Translations under genes and position numbers: made by a program
Notes under the pieces: generated by a model
The model's input: only the letters and a program-made list of their open reading frames with translations
Told to the model about the DNA's origin: nothing
Database searches by the model: none
Shown: positions 47,097 to 57,324 of the stretch, piece after piece
How the letters are laid out: the number at the start of each line of letters is the position of its first letter
Numbering within the stretch: position 1 is the first letter of the stretch
Source: Candidatus Levybacteria bacterium CG2_30_37_29
GTDB taxonomy: Bacteria > Patescibacteriota > Microgenomatia > Levybacterales > GWA1-39-11
Assembly: GCA_001873215.1 (NCBI GenBank)
Contig: MNYS01000008.1
Span: 2,657-66,656, forward strand
Reading direction: 5' to 3'
Length of the DNA stretch: 64,000 nucleotides

Positions 47097-47183
47097 ATTT
47101 CTATTATATTCGCTTGCGAATTCAATGCAAGCTCATGTAATGACTTTATAATTATAGTGTTTTATTGTACTTGTTTCAAATTC

Positions 47184-48256
47184 TGTCATGGACATATAGA
47201 TACCGTAACACTTCCTCTTTTCTTTTCTTGTAGTATCCTAACATAATCTGCCGGTCTTTTGTAACCTAGTGAATGATGGTATCGTAGGTTGTTGTACTTG
47301 TAGTTAAATATTTTGCAATGTTCGTTAATCATATCAAGGTCATCAAGCAGGTCATATTGATAGTTAAAATATTCGTACTCGGCTGTCTGGTGGAGACGCT
47401 CAACTCTCCCATTTTGTTTGGGACAATGGGGATCTGTAAAGAAATGGGGGATATTCCAGGAGATAATCTCTTTGTGAAATTCAAACAGATATTCTGAGCC
47501 ATTATCAGTATTAATTGCTTGTATGGGGAAAGGGAAATAATCTCTCACTTTGCAAATGAAGTCTTTTCCTGAGACAGAAGATATTGTTTTGTAACAATGG
47601 ATAAAGGCGTATCGGCTCTTGCAGTCAATTGCCGAGAATATATAGAATTTCTTTCCTAATACGTAGAAGTATTTAGTATCAACTTGGACAAGAGAGCCGA
47701 GATTCTTCTCTCGTAGCTCAATTGCAGCCTTGATGCGAGCGATCTTGAAGTTTCTGTGTTTTTTGAGACGCTTCTTGTGCTGGATATTTAAAAGCTTTGG
47801 ATCTCTGTTGATTACCTTCTGAATTGTGGTTGTTCCACAAGTTACTCCCTCGTTTTTTAGTTCTGCCTGTATCTCATACTTTGATTTTTCAATATCACCT
47901 TCACGAATACTTTTAATTCTGTCAATTATAAACTGTGCTGTTGTCATTTCTCTTGTTTTCTTTGGTCTCCGGGTTTTTAAATCATCCTCAAGTCCTAAAA
48001 GCCCTAATTTACTAAACCGCTTAAGCCACCTGTAAAACACATCTGGAGATAAAGCGAAATGGCGAAGAGTTAAACGAACCTTTCCTCCATGAAAATGGTA
48101 CCAATCAATCCATATAAGTCTTTCTTGTGCCTTTTTTGACAACCTCACATCTCTCACCTGCGCCCAAGGAACAATTCTGTATGCTCGCATATACGAGCCA
48201 TTGTACCGTCCTTTCAAAATGTATCAAGTGTAACGGGATGTATCGCGTCCTAGACA
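47184..48256 (-). mobile_element. IS481-family insertion sequence
   Basis: Ends TGT...ACA; imperfect ~30-bp IRs (TGTCATGGACATATAGATACCGTAACACTT vs TGTCTAGGACGCGATACATCCCGTTACACTT); ATTC repeated at 47180-47183 and 48257-48260. Confidence 0.88.
47186..48217 (-). CDS. DDE (rve) transposase with N-terminal HTH
   Basis: VQVDTK, TDNGSE, PKQNGRVER, YN..R.H.SL. Confidence 0.92.
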   Translation of the reverse strand: MKGRYNGSYMRAYRIVPWAQVRDVRLSKKAQERLIWIDWYHFHGGKVRLTLRHFALSPDVFYRWLKRFSKLGLLGLEDDLKTRRPKKTREMTTAQFIIDRIKSIREGDIEKSKYEIQAELKNEGVTCGTTTIQKVINRDPKLLNIQHKKRLKKHRNFKIARIKAAIELREKNLGSLVQVDTKYFYVLGKKFYIFSAIDCKSRYAFIHCYKTISSVSGKDFICKVRDYFPFPIQAINTDNGSEYLFEFHKEIISWNIPHFFTDPHCPKQNGRVERLHQTAEYEYFNYQYDLLDDLDMINEHCKIFNYKYNNLRYHHSLGYKRPADYVRILQEKKRGSVTVSICP

Positions 48257-48313
48257 ATTCACAGTTATTGCATTCCCAATGACAATTCACCCAAACTTTT
48301 GTATAATGACTTC

Positions 48314-49504
48314 ATGGACAAGATTACGGAATTGTTAACTCGAGGCGTAGACAAAATTTATCCTTCACGTGAAGAACTTGAAAAAGTTTTAAGATCGGGG
48401 GATAAATTAAAACTCTACCAAGGATTCGATCCTACAGGAAATATGCTTCATATTGGACATATGATTGGATTGAGAAAATTAAAACAATGGCAAGAACTTG
48501 GACACGAAGTAATTTTTTTAATTGGAGATTTTACGGGTATGGTAGGAGATCCATCTGGAAAAACAACAATTCGAAAAATGCTATCAAAAGAAGAAGTAAA
48601 GACAAATGCCAAAGCCTATGTAGACCAAGCAGGAAGAATCTTGAGGTTTGATGAAAAAAATCCTGTTAAAGTTCTTTATAATTCTGAATGGTTAGAAAAA
48701 CTATCCTCATTAGAATTTATACAAATAACACATAACTTATCTGTTCAACAAGTATACGAAAGAGACATGTTCCAAAGGCGTCAAAAAGAAGGAAATGATA
48801 TTTACTTAAACGAATTTCTGTATCCCGTTATGCAAGCCTATGATTCCGTAGCAATGAACGTCGACCTTGAAATTGGGGCAACAGACCAAACTTTTAATAT
48901 GTTAATGGGAAGAAAACTAATGCGTAACATGCTTAAAAAGGATAAGTTTGTTATGACAACTCCACTTTTAACAGACTCTGAAGGTAAAAAAATTGGAAAG
49001 ACGGAAGGAAATGTCATAGGAATAACAGACGCACCAAATGAATTATTTGGAAAAATTATGAGTCTTTCAGATGATGTTATTGTAAAAGGATTAGAATGGT
49101 TAACAGATGTATCGATTAAGGAAATCGAAAATATTGCTACCAAAATAAAATACGGAGCTAACCCTATTGAATTCAAGAAAAAGCTGGCATTAGAAATTGT
49201 TAAAGAATTAAACTCGGAAGAAGAAGCGCAAAAAGCACAGGAATTCTTTGAAAAAACAATTCAAGGAAGTGAAATACCAGAAAATATTCCAACCTTTACA
49301 ATTAATGGCAATCTAACAGTATCTGACGTTTTAATTAAAATTAATGCTGTATCAAGCAAATCAGAAGGAAAAAGATTAATCGAACAAGGAGGTGTATCTG
49401 TTGATAATAAAACAGTTACAAATCCGTTTAAACCATTCCCAAAAGCTAATGACGAATACATAATAAAAACTGGAAGAAAATTTGCTAAAATTAAATCAAG
49501 ATAA
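48314..49504 (+). CDS. tyrS: Tyrosine--tRNA ligase
   Basis: GFDPT..LHIGH, YPVMQAYD, KIGKT, C-terminal S4 domain. Confidence 0.96.
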   Translation: MDKITELLTRGVDKIYPSREELEKVLRSGDKLKLYQGFDPTGNMLHIGHMIGLRKLKQWQELGHEVIFLIGDFTGMVGDPSGKTTIRKMLSKEEVKTNAKAYVDQAGRILRFDEKNPVKVLYNSEWLEKLSSLEFIQITHNLSVQQVYERDMFQRRQKEGNDIYLNEFLYPVMQAYDSVAMNVDLEIGATDQTFNMLMGRKLMRNMLKKDKFVMTTPLLTDSEGKKIGKTEGNVIGITDAPNELFGKIMSLSDDVIVKGLEWLTDVSIKEIENIATKIKYGANPIEFKKKLALEIVKELNSEEEAQKAQEFFEKTIQGSEIPENIPTFTINGNLTVSDVLIKINAVSSKSEGKRLIEQGGVSVDNKTVTNPFKPFPKANDEYIIKTGRKFAKIKSR

Positions 49505-49508
49505 AAAT

Positions 49509-49610
49509 ATGGATTTCATAAGAAAAAAAAAGTGGATTTGGAAAACGATTGTTATTATTTCATCCGTTGCGCTGATTGCCAGTGCGTTTCTTCCGTTGAT
49601 ACTTCAATAG
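49509..49610 (+). CDS. 33-aa single-TM small protein
   Basis: MDFIRKKKWIWKTIVIISSVALIASAFLPLILQ fills the tyrS-recG gap with 4-nt spacers. Confidence 0.6.
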   Translation: MDFIRKKKWIWKTIVIISSVALIASAFLPLILQ

Positions 49611-49614
49611 GGTT

Positions 49615-51645
49615 ATGGAACTTGCAACCCCAATAAAGACGCTTGGCAGAGCATACGCCATGAAAACGAGGCTTTTGGAAAAGCTCGGACTTTACACAAT
49701 AGAAGATCTGCTTTACTACATTCCCTATAGATATGAGGATATGTCGCTTATTTCTGAAATTTCCATGGTTCAGGCGGGAGAAAACATCACGGTGCAAGGA
49801 ACGGTTACTGCTACAAAAAATGTTTTTACAAGAAGACGAAATTTCACAATTCAAAAAATAACCATTGAGGACACAACGGGAGAAATTGAATGCACATGGT
49901 TTAATCAAATATATCTTTTAAGAACGGTGCACAAAGGAGATTTTCTTAGCGTTGCTGGCAGAGTAGAACAAACGGGAAATAAAAAATCACTATTTGTAAA
50001 AGAGTATGAAATTTTAAAAACGAAAGATATGCCGCCAACACATACCGGGCGTCTTGTTCCTGTTTATTCTGAAACGCGCGGACTCACTTCAAAGTGGCTA
50101 AGAAATAGAATTTCCGACATTCTTACCTCAAAAGATGTAAAAATTGAAGACTTTTTCCCTAAAGACTTTTTAGAAAAATACAATTTAGTTGATTTGAAAA
50201 CTGCTCTATCTCAAATTCATTTTCCCATATCCATTTCTGACGCAGAAATTGCCCGAAAACGATTATCGTTTGAAGAATTATTTATTACAAACATGTCTTC
50301 CTTAAAAAGAAAAAAAGAATGGGAGCAAAAATTACACACATCGCCTTTTAAAGTTTTGGGATTTGCATCTAAAATACAAGCTCTTTGGGAAAGTCTACCG
50401 TTTCAATTAACCCTTGCGCAAAACCGCGCTATTGATGAAATTTCTTCAGATCTTGCGCGCGACATTCCCATGAACAGAATGCTACAAGGAGACGTAGGGT
50501 CGGGAAAAACAGTTGTCGCATCAATTGCAATATATATTTCACATTTAAACGGTTTCCAATCTGCTCTTATGGCACCGACGGAAATTCTTGCGCAACAACA
50601 TTTCGAAACGGTTTCAAAGCTTCTAAAACCTTTAGGTATAAAAGTTAAGCTTTTTACCTCCAAAATAAAACCAAAAGAGAATGAGAGATTTGATATTGCC
50701 ATTGGCACACATGCTCTTTTACAAAAAAGCATAAAATTTAAAAATTTGGGACTTGTCGTAATCGACGAACAACAAAGATTCGGAGTGGAGCAGAGGGCAA
50801 TTTTACGGGAAAAAGGTAATAACCCGCACTTTTTGAGTATGACCGCAACGCCAATTCCTCGGACAATATTTTTGACTGTATATGGAGACCTTAACCTTTC
50901 GTACCTCGATGAAATGCCCAAAGGAAGAAAGGAAATAAAAACTTGGCTTGTGCCTGAAGAAAAACGTGACGCAGGATACGCGTGGATTAAAACGCAAATA
51001 AAAAAAACTTCAGCTCAAGTATTTATTGTATGCCCTTTTATTGAAATTTCAGAAACTATTACAACCGTCAAAGCTGCAACAGAAGAATTTGAAAGGTTAT
51101 CAAAAGATATTTTTGCCGATTTAAAACTTGGACTTTTACACGGAAAAATGAAGTCTTCCCAAAAAGAAGAAGTACTTTCTAAATTTAAAAATGGAAAATT
51201 GGATATACTTGTTGCAACACCGGTTGTCGAGGTAGGAATTGACATCCCGTCTGCAACAATAATCATTATTGAAGGAGCAGAAAGATTTGGCCTTGCTCAA
51301 CTTCATCAATTAAGAGGTCGTGTAGGAAGAAGCGACAAGGAATCATACTGTTTACTATTTACACAGGCAACAACTGAAACTGCACGCCAAAGACTTAAAT
51401 ATCTTGAGAGAATGCATTTGGGGGCCCAACTTGCAGAGCTTGATTTGCGCCTGCGTGGTCCGGGAGAAGTTTATGGTACCCTTCAACACGGAACGCCTTT
51501 TTTAAAAATTGCATCTTTCTCAGATACACCTCTTATAAAAGAAACTCGGGATGCGGTGCAAAACCTTTTCCCCAATCTTTCTAGCTACCCCCTATTGCAA
51601 GAGAAGCTTAAATCTAATATAATACAGAAAGTCACACCAGACTAA
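49615..51645 (+). CDS. recG: ATP-dependent DNA helicase RecG
   Basis: QGDVGSGKT, DEQQRFG, MTATPIPRT, LHQLRGRVGR, RGPGE. Confidence 0.96.
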   Translation: MELATPIKTLGRAYAMKTRLLEKLGLYTIEDLLYYIPYRYEDMSLISEISMVQAGENITVQGTVTATKNVFTRRRNFTIQKITIEDTTGEIECTWFNQIYLLRTVHKGDFLSVAGRVEQTGNKKSLFVKEYEILKTKDMPPTHTGRLVPVYSETRGLTSKWLRNRISDILTSKDVKIEDFFPKDFLEKYNLVDLKTALSQIHFPISISDAEIARKRLSFEELFITNMSSLKRKKEWEQKLHTSPFKVLGFASKIQALWESLPFQLTLAQNRAIDEISSDLARDIPMNRMLQGDVGSGKTVVASIAIYISHLNGFQSALMAPTEILAQQHFETVSKLLKPLGIKVKLFTSKIKPKENERFDIAIGTHALLQKSIKFKNLGLVVIDEQQRFGVEQRAILREKGNNPHFLSMTATPIPRTIFLTVYGDLNLSYLDEMPKGRKEIKTWLVPEEKRDAGYAWIKTQIKKTSAQVFIVCPFIEISETITTVKAATEEFERLSKDIFADLKLGLLHGKMKSSQKEEVLSKFKNGKLDILVATPVVEVGIDIPSATIIIIEGAERFGLAQLHQLRGRVGRSDKESYCLLFTQATTETARQRLKYLERMHLGAQLAELDLRLRGPGEVYGTLQHGTPFLKIASFSDTPLIKETRDAVQNLFPNLSSYPLLQEKLKSNIIQKVTPD

Positions 51646-51650
51646 CAAAT

Positions 51651-51830
51651 ATGCCACACGAACCAAAAAGAAGACATTCTGTTGCAAGAAAAGGAAAGAG
51701 AAGAGCAAGTATAGCTATTTCTGCATCCTCTATTTCAATTTGTAAAAATTGCAAAACTCCAAATTCTCCACATACTGTTTGCAAAACATGTGGGTATTAC
51801 AAGGGTAAAAAGGTGATTCAGGCAAAATAA
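51651..51830 (+). CDS. rpmF: 50S ribosomal protein L32
   Basis: MPHEPKRRHS..RKGKRRA...CKNC....PHTVCKTCGYYKG; absent from the ORF track. Confidence 0.93.
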   Translation: MPHEPKRRHSVARKGKRRASIAISASSISICKNCKTPNSPHTVCKTCGYYKGKKVIQAK

Positions 51831-51840
51831 ATTCTACTCC

Positions 51841-52203
51841 ATGAAAACTTCGCTTGACCCTCGTCATAAAAAAAGGCAGGAAACTATAAAAGTACTTTAT
51901 GCAGAAAGTTTTCACACACAACCCACAGACAACTTAACCGCAAAAGCAATTCTTTCAAGTCTTAAAAAAGTTGACCGGATGCTTTTTAAAGTCGCACCTG
52001 GGTTTCCTATAGAAAAGATAAATAAGGTTGATTTAGCAATCCTACGTCTTGGAATTTATGAGATTTTGATAGAAAAAAAACAACCTCAAAAAGTAGTAAT
52101 AGACGAAGCGATAGAACTTGCAAAAGAATTTGGGGGAGATACTTCCCCTGGATTTGTAAACGGCGCGCTTGGTAAACTAATAAAGGTTATAGAAAAAAAA
52201 TGA
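51841..52203 (+). CDS. nusB: Transcription antitermination factor NusB
   Basis: VDLAILRLGIYE, VVIDEAIELAKEFG, FVNGALG. Confidence 0.94.
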   Translation: MKTSLDPRHKKRQETIKVLYAESFHTQPTDNLTAKAILSSLKKVDRMLFKVAPGFPIEKINKVDLAILRLGIYEILIEKKQPQKVVIDEAIELAKEFGGDTSPGFVNGALGKLIKVIEKK

Positions 52204-52865
52204 AAATTCCGAACTTTAACGATAAAAATCTTTTAGAACAAGTGTTTATGCACCGTTCATATCTTAACGAATCGGCAGTAAAAGTTGAATCGAATGAAAG
52301 ACTTGAGTTCTTGGGAGATAGTATTCTTTCTTTTGTCGTATCATCATATATTTTCAACCACAATAAAAGTTTTCATGAAGGAGAATTAACAAATTTGCGG
52401 TCTGTTCTTACTAACACGCAAACTCTTTACGTAGTTTCAAAAGAGTTGGGACTTGGTCAATACTTAAAACTTTCAAAAGGCGAAGAAACAGGAAAGGGAC
52501 GGGAAAACAAGACAATTCTTGCAAACACTCTGGAAGCGCTTATCGGAGGAATATATATAGACCAGGGAATTGAGGCTGCACGACAATTTATTGAAGAATC
52601 AATTATTGCACGAAGTGAAGAAATCATAACCTCACAAGGTCTGAAAGATGCAAAGAGCAGTTTGCAGGAAATACTACAAGAAAAACACAAACAGTCCCCG
52701 CTTTACAAAATTCTTTCGGAAGCTGGACCGGACCACGATAAAAAATACACAATAGGTGTTTTTCTGAAAGACAAACTTTTAGCAAAAGGGGTAGGGCATT
52801 CAAAACAAGAAGCGGAAAAAGACGCTGCAGCCAACGCTCTCTTGATTTATTCTGCGAGCTTCTAA
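52200..52865 (+). CDS. rnc: Ribonuclease III
   Basis: NERLEFLGDSIL, dsRBD. Confidence 0.96.
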   Translation: MKIPNFNDKNLLEQVFMHRSYLNESAVKVESNERLEFLGDSILSFVVSSYIFNHNKSFHEGELTNLRSVLTNTQTLYVVSKELGLGQYLKLSKGEETGKGRENKTILANTLEALIGGIYIDQGIEAARQFIEESIIARSEEIITSQGLKDAKSSLQEILQEKHKQSPLYKILSEAGPDHDKKYTIGVFLKDKLLAKGVGHSKQEAEKDAAANALLIYSASF

Positions 52866-52993
52866 TACTTCAGGGTGTGAGTTCGGGGTACAACGCGATA
52901 AATTATCGCGAAGTGAGCAGAAGAAGATACCGCGAATGTAAGTTCGTGGATCTTCATTGACTCTTTCGCTTCAATTTGGTAAACTTACACTCT

Positions 52994-53227
52994 ATGTCTT
53001 TGGTTATTAGATTTTCAACAATTGGACGACGCGGTGAACGCAAATATAGAATTGTCGTGAAAGAAAAGCGAAGCAAAAGAGATGGTAAAGCGCTTGACAC
53101 GTTGGGATTTTATGAAAAAATGGTAGGTGGGAAAATTTCCAAAGAAATTGACCAAAAAAAGCTGTTAGAGTGGCAAAAAAAGGGCGCATTACTTTCACCA
53201 TCTGTTAAAAAAGCACTTGCTTTATAA
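52994..53227 (+). CDS. rpsP: 30S ribosomal protein S16
   Basis: YRIVV...RSKRDG..LD.LGFY. Confidence 0.92.
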   Translation: MSLVIRFSTIGRRGERKYRIVVKEKRSKRDGKALDTLGFYEKMVGGKISKEIDQKKLLEWQKKGALLSPSVKKALAL

Positions 53228-53230
53228 ATC

Positions 53231-53467
53231 ATGAAAGATCTTCTCAATTATATTTTAGAAAACATCGTCGAAGGTAAATTTAGCGTTGAAGAAGAAGATC
53301 AAGACGGGTTTATTATTTATAAGGTGACGGCGCCTGCCGACGAAATCGGAAAAATTATCGGAAAAGGCGGCAAAACAATAAATGCTTTAAAAAACATTCT
53401 TAAAATAAGAGCTATAAAGGAAAATAAAAAAATTGATATCCAAATAGCTGAGCCAGACCTCTCATAG
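53231..53467 (+). CDS. khpA: KH-domain RNA-binding protein
   Basis: GKIIGKGGKTINAL between rpsP and trmD. Confidence 0.88.
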   Translation: MKDLLNYILENIVEGKFSVEEEDQDGFIIYKVTAPADEIGKIIGKGGKTINALKNILKIRAIKENKKIDIQIAEPDLS

Positions 53468-53481
53468 TTTTTTTTCAAACT

Positions 53482-54174
53482 ATGCGCATTACCATTATTA
53501 CTTTATTCCCCGAGATGTTTGAGTCTGTTTTTTCCAGTTCCATTCTTAAAAGAGCCCAGAGTCAAAAAAAGATTGAAATAAAAATTGTTAATCTCCGTGA
53601 TTTTGGAATAGGACGCCACAAGTTAGTTGATGATAAACCTTACGGTGGAGGAGTGGGAATGCTTTTAAGAGTTGATGTTTTGGACCGCGCTATAAGAGCG
53701 GTAAAAAATAGTGGTAAAAATCAAAAAGTTATACTTCTTGACCCAAAAGGTGAAAAATATAATCAAGGGATTGCAGAAAAACTTGTAAATGCTACCAATA
53801 TTATACTTATTTGCGGACACTATGAAGGGTATGATGAGAGAGTAAGAAAACTTGTTGACATGGAAATTTCAATTGGGGATTATATTACCTCCGGTGGTGA
53901 AATACCCGCGATGGTAGTAGTTGAGTCGGTTGCTCGTCTGATACCTGGTGTTCTTATTAAAAAAGAGGCGGTGATGTATGAGTCTTTTTCTAAAAATTCC
54001 TTAGGAAGACGTCTTGAACATCCTCATTATACAAGACCACAGACATATAAAAACATGACAGCTCCAAAAGAGCTCCTTTCGGGAAACCCCCAAATTGTTG
54101 ATGCATTTAGAAATAAAGAAGCGGACAAAATAACAAAGAAAAGAAGACCTGAAATGTTAAAAAGGCAAAAATAG
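53482..54174 (+). CDS. trmD: tRNA (guanine37-N1)-methyltransferase
   Basis: DDKPYGGGVGM, CGHYEG.DER, SIGDY..SGGE, YTRP. Confidence 0.96.
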   Translation: MRITIITLFPEMFESVFSSSILKRAQSQKKIEIKIVNLRDFGIGRHKLVDDKPYGGGVGMLLRVDVLDRAIRAVKNSGKNQKVILLDPKGEKYNQGIAEKLVNATNIILICGHYEGYDERVRKLVDMEISIGDYITSGGEIPAMVVVESVARLIPGVLIKKEAVMYESFSKNSLGRRLEHPHYTRPQTYKNMTAPKELLSGNPQIVDAFRNKEADKITKKRRPEMLKRQK

Positions 54175-54831
54175 TTATTTACTTCCTTCCCACTCTTTTA
54201 ATTGTTCCAGAATTTTTTCTTCTGATGCGGAAAGCGGAATTACTTTATTCTGTTTTGCCAAAACCGTCAAATCGTAAGGCTTGTAATAAAAATTTACTTC
54301 AAGCGTTCCAGATGAACCCTGAATGTTTATATTATTTACTTCCGATATCGGCATACCTTTTTGAATTTCTGACGCAAAACGTATAAAACTTTGCGCGTCT
54401 GGGCTTGAAAGGCGTATCAAAACAGTCAAAAATGGAATACCCTTCTTATCTGAATTAGGAGAATTCACTTGTTTGCCATAAATATTACCAACCTTAAATG
54501 AATATTGTTTTAATTCAACTTTGCTTTTCTCGGCAGCACTTACCATAGCTTGAAATACTGCAGATGGATCTTTTGATGTTGGCAGTGCTAATTTTACAAT
54601 TTTTAAATCATCTCCAATTTTTGTATCGTCTTGAGAGGAAAGTACCTGAAAAGTTTTTTTTAAAGTCTCAATTTCCATTTTTTGTGTTTCAATTGTGCGT
54701 TTTTCTTCAGAAATTGAAGTTAATTCCGGTAAAAAAACTTTAAAGATAATAAAAAACGACACACAAATTAATACAATCGGAAGAATATATTGTTTGTATT
54801 TACTATAATATGGAGCAAGCATTTTTTGCAT
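54175..54831 (-). CDS. PilO-like pilus assembly protein
   Basis: TM plus coiled coil; position after pilM/N. Confidence 0.65.
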   Translation of the reverse strand: MQKMLAPYYSKYKQYILPIVLICVSFFIIFKVFLPELTSISEEKRTIETQKMEIETLKKTFQVLSSQDDTKIGDDLKIVKLALPTSKDPSAVFQAMVSAAEKSKVELKQYSFKVGNIYGKQVNSPNSDKKGIPFLTVLIRLSSPDAQSFIRFASEIQKGMPISEVNNINIQGSSGTLEVNFYYKPYDLTVLAKQNKVIPLSASEEKILEQLKEWEGSK

Positions 54832-54836
54832 TTTTT

Positions 54837-55385
54837 TTATTTCTTTACTGCTTTAGACGTAAAGAAAAAATCAAGCGTGAGCCTATAAGCATCTTTTGCT
54901 ACGGAAAGAGAAGAAGAATCGATTTTTTTAATTCCGAGTTTTGAGTTTTTAGCAAACTTGAGCATAGTATCTTGGGTTAGTAAATCAAGTTCATTAAGAC
55001 TTGGAGATGAAAGACGAAGGGTAATTTTTTGATCATCTGCATTAACACCAACAACTACAATTCCTTTCGGAATTTCGGACACTATAGAGGATGTATTAGA
55101 TTCAACTTTTTTTAGGTTGTTTAAAATTTTTTGTATATTAGTCAATCGATCTTTTATAATAATTGTTTTTTCGCGGCGGTCTCCAAGCCCACTAATGCTT
55201 AGCTGTATCGTTTTTGATTGTGCATCAAGAGAAGACGATGTACTATGCAAAAAAAAAGTGTAAAAAAACGCGGCAACAGTAATAGCAAAAACACTACCAA
55301 ACACTATAAAAGATGTTAAAACTATTTTTCTTATTGCGCTCTTTGTAATTTTTCTTGGTGTAATAAGGTTTATATCATCTTTCAT
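54837..55385 (-). CDS. PilN-like pilus assembly protein
   Basis: INL motif, TM, coiled coil. Confidence 0.7.
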   Translation of the reverse strand: MKDDINLITPRKITKSAIRKIVLTSFIVFGSVFAITVAAFFYTFFLHSTSSSLDAQSKTIQLSISGLGDRREKTIIIKDRLTNIQKILNNLKKVESNTSSIVSEIPKGIVVVGVNADDQKITLRLSSPSLNELDLLTQDTMLKFAKNSKLGIKKIDSSSLSVAKDAYRLTLDFFFTSKAVKK

Positions 55386-56413
55386 ACTAAATTACGGAGT
55401 GCCAAACCTATAACCACATTATAACTAGGCGCCTCGGCCTTAATTTCGGGAGGAACATTCTGTATATTATAAGCATCCCAACAATTACCCAAAACAACTT
55501 GTATACCCAACATATTTGCGATATATGTGTCAATTCCCGGCAAAAGAGCAGTGCCTCCTGAAAGAATAATTTGCTTTACCTCTTCGTTATTATTTTTTTC
55601 CTTAAAAGATAAAAGGGATTTTTTAATATCTCCAATAATTGAATCTAAGATTGGGTGAAGACTTTTTCCAACTTTACCCTCAAAAGCTTCCTGACTAAGT
55701 CCGTAAGCTTTCTTATAATTTTCTGCCTGCGCGGTATCAATGCCGAGATCCAAGGAAATCGCCCTAGTTATAGCAAACCCGCCCAAACCAATAGTAAACA
55801 CAATATTTATAGCGCTATCCTTAATTATTGCAACGTTTGTTGTGGTTGCACCAACATGAACAATGATATTTGTATCTGTACTGGCAATTAAAGGAAGAAG
55901 GGCTCTATGTACTGAAATAATTTCTGTCTCTATTGTTTCCACGTTAACTCCTGCCAAAGACAAAATTTTGTCATATTTTTCAAGAAGAGATGTTGGAGCC
56001 GCAACTATCATAACATTCATGCCTTTTTTACCCTCTGTCTCGGTCTGCCCTAAGATTTGCCAGTCAGTTCTTACCTGGTCTAGTGGAAGAGGAATGTACT
56101 GTTCCATTTGAAATTTAAGCGCAGCGGAAAGTTCCTGCTCTGAAAGAACTGGCATTTCAATGACTTTAGTATATACCTGAATTTCAGGAATTGAGATGCT
56201 AGCATCTACAATTTTTATACCAGAGTTTGTGTGCATTTGCTTTATTTGAGAAGCGAGTTCTTGCTGATCAGAAATAGATTCTGAAATAACGCCTTTTTTT
56301 GTAGTAGGCGCGACCGCTATTGCATCAAGCATGTATGTTTCCCCTTGTTTTCTTACCAATGCAATTTTTAGGGACGTCGTTCCAATATCAAGACCGAAAA
56401 GTGTTGTTTTCAT
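55382..56413 (-). CDS. pilM: Type IV pilus assembly protein PilM
   Basis: FGLDIGT..LK, QYIP, ILSGGTA, IGLALR. Confidence 0.92.
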   Translation of the reverse strand: MKTTLFGLDIGTTSLKIALVRKQGETYMLDAIAVAPTTKKGVISESISDQQELASQIKQMHTNSGIKIVDASISIPEIQVYTKVIEMPVLSEQELSAALKFQMEQYIPLPLDQVRTDWQILGQTETEGKKGMNVMIVAAPTSLLEKYDKILSLAGVNVETIETEIISVHRALLPLIASTDTNIIVHVGATTTNVAIIKDSAINIVFTIGLGGFAITRAISLDLGIDTAQAENYKKAYGLSQEAFEGKVGKSLHPILDSIIGDIKKSLLSFKEKNNNEEVKQIILSGGTALLPGIDTYIANMLGIQVVLGNCWDAYNIQNVPPEIKAEAPSYNVVIGLALRNLV

Positions 56414-57261
56414 TATTGCGAAATTACAGAATAGGGAAATATCTCCAATGGAATCTGCGGGTAGGAGGAATAATAAACAACTTTGCGAACAGTATCTCCT
56501 GACGTTCCTGTTGATTCGATTAAGGAACCCTGAGAAGGAAGTGCGACACTTGATCCAACGGCGATTTTTGTTGAATTATATATTGGAATTACTTTCATAA
56601 TAAGACCGTTTGTAACAGAGATTGTTGCTTGGTAATTAAAAGTTATACCCCCAACCGTTTGCTTTGTTACATTATCATATATGTCCGAACTGGGAATCCT
56701 TGCGCACGGATCGAATACTTTCTTGGTAAAAGTAGGGGACGTAACACTTCCTGACAATAATACTACTTCAAGCGCTGAATGCACGCTGCTTCCATCGGTT
56801 TTACCACACTTTTCAGGACTTCCGGAAAGCTGGATGTCCTGATTGCTCCAGAAAATCGTAACATCGCCGGTCGTAGGAGAACTATAATCAGGATAGGTTG
56901 AAAGCCAAACATCCATACCGCTATCCTGATCGACAGATTCTCCGTTATTCAACAATATGTTATTTCCGCCTTCGGCTGAAATTACTGTAGTTTTGGTATC
57001 AGAACTTGAACTATTTGAAAAATTTTGAGTTAAAAGAGAAGGATTACCGGTTTGTGCAGAACTTAAAGCTTGTTCTATTCCCCCTTCTGCGGCTTGGAAA
57101 GCACGCTGGCTTTCTTCGTTTTGCTTTGATATCTTAAGGTTTGTGATCGTACGAGAAACAATTGTAAGCCCAACCGTAAGAGATACAATCGTTGTCAATA
57201 CAACAATAAGAAGCACTTGACCTCTATTCCCATTGCTAAATAAACCTTTACAATATTTCAT
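56413..57261 (-). CDS. PilX-like minor pilin
   Basis: RG|QVLL, SQRAFQAAEGGIE. Confidence 0.8.
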   Translation of the reverse strand: MKYCKGLFSNGNRGQVLLIVVLTTIVSLTVGLTIVSRTITNLKISKQNEESQRAFQAAEGGIEQALSSAQTGNPSLLTQNFSNSSSSDTKTTVISAEGGNNILLNNGESVDQDSGMDVWLSTYPDYSSPTTGDVTIFWSNQDIQLSGSPEKCGKTDGSSVHSALEVVLLSGSVTSPTFTKKVFDPCARIPSSDIYDNVTKQTVGGITFNYQATISVTNGLIMKVIPIYNSTKIAVGSSVALPSQGSLIESTGTSGDTVRKVVYYSSYPQIPLEIFPYSVISQ

Positions 57262-57324
57262 TTAGTCCTTTAATCATAGGCAAAGATAGAATACGTTGTC
57301 AAGCTTTTAAACGTTAGAGCGAAG

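Noticed and set aside
41374-51266. Antisense ORFs of 60-170 aa inside pheT, PBP1A, tyrS and recG
   Set aside because: Shadow frames of well-supported genes, with no motifs or RBS.
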